Assembly: GCA_965644265.1 (NCBI GenBank)
Contig: OZ286466.1
Span: 41,540,001 to 41,604,000, forward strand
Source: Glycera tridactyla
Taxonomy: Eukaryota
Length of the DNA: 64,000 nucleotides
Reading direction: 5' to 3'
The position numbers and the translations under genes are program-made. Below, piece by piece: positions 61,755 to 64,000 of the stretch (within the stretch, counting starts at the first letter, position 1; every line of letters begins with the position of its first letter). The notes below the pieces were generated by a model, which worked only from the letters and a program-made list of their open reading frames with translations, ran no database searches and was not told the origin of the DNA.

Positions 61755-64000
61755 CAGTCATTCTCAAAGAATTGTAACAATTCCAGTAGAGCAAAACATG
61801 AAAAATGAAGTTCTAACAAACACTTTCAAACTACTTTATTTTCACTGTAGACAACCTGAAGCTCCCGAATCCAAGTTTTTGTCCACTAAATATTATTCGT
61901 TCTCTGTATATCAAGGGTGACATACAACCCTGTCAACTGAAAAAAATAACAATTTTGCTGTGTACAGAGATGAAGATGACTACTGTGTAATTGATATTGT
62001 TGATGCAATCTAGCACTCAGCTTTCATTTTGATGCAGCAAACAAGTTTTCAAAGTGAAAGGCCATATGATAGTGCCATATATGGACTAGTGCTCTGCTAT
62101 TCATACAATAATGGCAATCGGCATTTGGGTGAAATTAGGAGCTTATAATTTCAACTTTCTACTATTTTCTATAAATCACATATGTCTTGAGAAGAATACC
62201 ACAAAAGTAGTTCACAGTTGAGCTGAACATGTGTACAGGGAGCACATCAAAATTCATCCACAAAAACCCATGGATATGGATATTCTTCACAATTTTTCAC
62301 AACTTCTGTCAACAACTATAGTCCTCTATATCTCACAGTAGACAATTTAGATTTTTCATTGAAATTCAGCTTATGAGTTCAGCATTTCAAACCCATTTGA
62401 GTATAGAATGTGCTGAGGGAATATATTATGCATTGACTTATACCCTCCATATCTCCCTGTAGAGATCAATCATGGAAACAACATTATTTCAAAGGTTCAA
62501 AGGAGAAAATCATAATCAGTACCTTGTCACGGAAGTTAGACAAATCACGAATACAGTTTGATTAGGAATTGGAGAAAAATGCATTAGGAAGATCCTCGAG
62601 CCTATGTTCACATCATGACATTTATTTGAGATGACTGTTATCTTGAACCACTTCTCAAAAGATTTTTTTTTTTTTTTTGGGGGGGGGGACTTTCTGTCAG
62701 TTCACTGTGAGAGAATGTAACTAGTAACTGTCATTCTATGGAAAGTGCATTTTTGTACTGGTATTCAGTGTGTAGAAAACACCCTGTTTTGCCTATGACT
62801 TCACTCTACCAAGGAAATCCCTGGCAAATAACAGTAATAAGTGAGAGAATACCAGGTTCTCTATCTACAATTGTTTAGGACATTGAATGCACCATCAATC
62901 TGAATAAGCCTGTTTTTCGGATTGGCAGATCATCTTTCAAAGTTCACACACAAATGGGTTCACTAAAAAGGGAGATGATCTCCCAACCTGAGAAAGACAG
63001 GCTTATTCAGATTGATGATGCATACAAATGTCCTCAAACAAGTATGAATAGTGAACACTGGTATTCCATCACTTATTATTGTTATATGCAAGGGACACCA
63101 GAACTATCGGGGGATATCTCAAATGTTTTACAATAATCAAAAATAATATAAATCATCATAGCATGCCTATATCTCATCCTTACTGATGAATTCTAACCTC
63201 AGACAATCTTACCAGCAGTTCTGAATCATATTTGCCTTTCACCTGCCCTATATGCTTTGCATTTCCATGCCTTACATTGAAGCAATCTGTTTTGCCATAT
63301 CTGAAGTAGGAGCTATGCCAATGACCTATCCCTGGCTCAATATTGACATGATCTTGTGTTGTGCATACCTATCAAAACCTGACATGGTTGCTTTCTTCAG
63401 GTAGTCTGATCAAGGAAGAGTCAGTCAAAAAGTGATTTATTATCAATATGAGCATTACTGTTTGGAAGGTGGCATCAGCTTCAGATATATGTTACAAATG
63501 GTTGTGGTATTGAAGTTCTGATATGGTCATGAAGCTCTGGAATGATTTCTGTCATACAGGCGGAAAGTGGGCAAGTAGATTATGGGTTAATTGACATTGC
63601 AGCATCCAAATATGCTAATTTAACCTTTTCTGCAGAAAATCAAGTGTAATTCTCCTCAAAATCCATGCCCTGGGTGCAATTTAGCAGCAAGAGGTTCAAC
63701 CAGAAGTGAAGACCGGTATCCTGTTACGGAGGTTAGAATGTTACGGAGGTTAGGGAACAGCCAATCTAGTGGCCACATCATAGGCTTGAAAAGAGTCTAT
63801 ACCATACATAAGCTACCATTCTGGAGTGGGTATGGACCACCATATGATATTAGAGAATCATGGTTCCAACCTCACTCTTTCCATGTATGAAAGCCGTTAC
63901 CGAGGTTAGGTCCTTATTTGTTCCCTCTTCATTTTTCAAGTTCGGTTCATCAGTATTCAGTCGTTGTTACCATTGGAATCCAGAAATGTTGTTCTATCTT
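61755..64000 (-). mobile_element. Diverged non-autonomous relative of the 22689-27892 transposon (runs off window end)
   Basis: TIR CAGTCATTCTCAAAGAATTGTAACAATT (26/28 match); 61755-62750 resembles 22689-23830; 63715-64000 resembles 27115-27400; no transposase ORF. Confidence 0.8.
62889..63021. repeat. Imperfect long hairpin (47/49-bp arms, 37-nt loop)
   Basis: Perfect 21-bp core: CATCAATCTGAATAAGCCTGT (62893-62913) pairs with 62997-63017. Confidence 0.85.

Overview
Repeat-rich animal genomic DNA (AT-rich, three N-gaps). The mix of Helentron-like elements, TA-targeting MITEs and a Penelope-like element suggests a marine invertebrate, but that is inference. I found no rRNA, tRNA, CRISPR array or recognisable host gene. 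Main contents: (1) a decayed, 5'-truncated L2/CR1-type LINE (3081-5923, minus). (2) A three-level nest: a TA-type MITE (from 12476) is interrupted by a Penelope-like retroelement (12611-16268, 15-bp TSD). Its RT-GIY-YIG ORF is split in frame by a 2.16-kb Helentron-like insert carrying a 210-bp tandem array and a promoter-like motif cluster. (3) An apparently intact 5.2-kb DNA transposon (22689-27892). It has perfect 28-bp CAG-terminated TIRs, a 3-bp ATT target duplication, a repeated 14-bp GTTACGGAGGTTAG motif and an 837-aa Sola(2)-like DDD transposase with a candidate 5'-UTR intron. A diverged non-autonomous relative starts at 61755. (4) An inverted pair of 1.7-kb GG..CC elements with ATAT flanks. 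(5) hAT-type MITEs with 8-, 6- and 5-bp TSDs, many TA-type MITEs and microsatellites. (6) Weak candidate host exons. The best novelty candidates are the CAG-ended, 3-bp-TSD Sola-like transposon family and the split Penelope element. All alignments and counts were done by eye.
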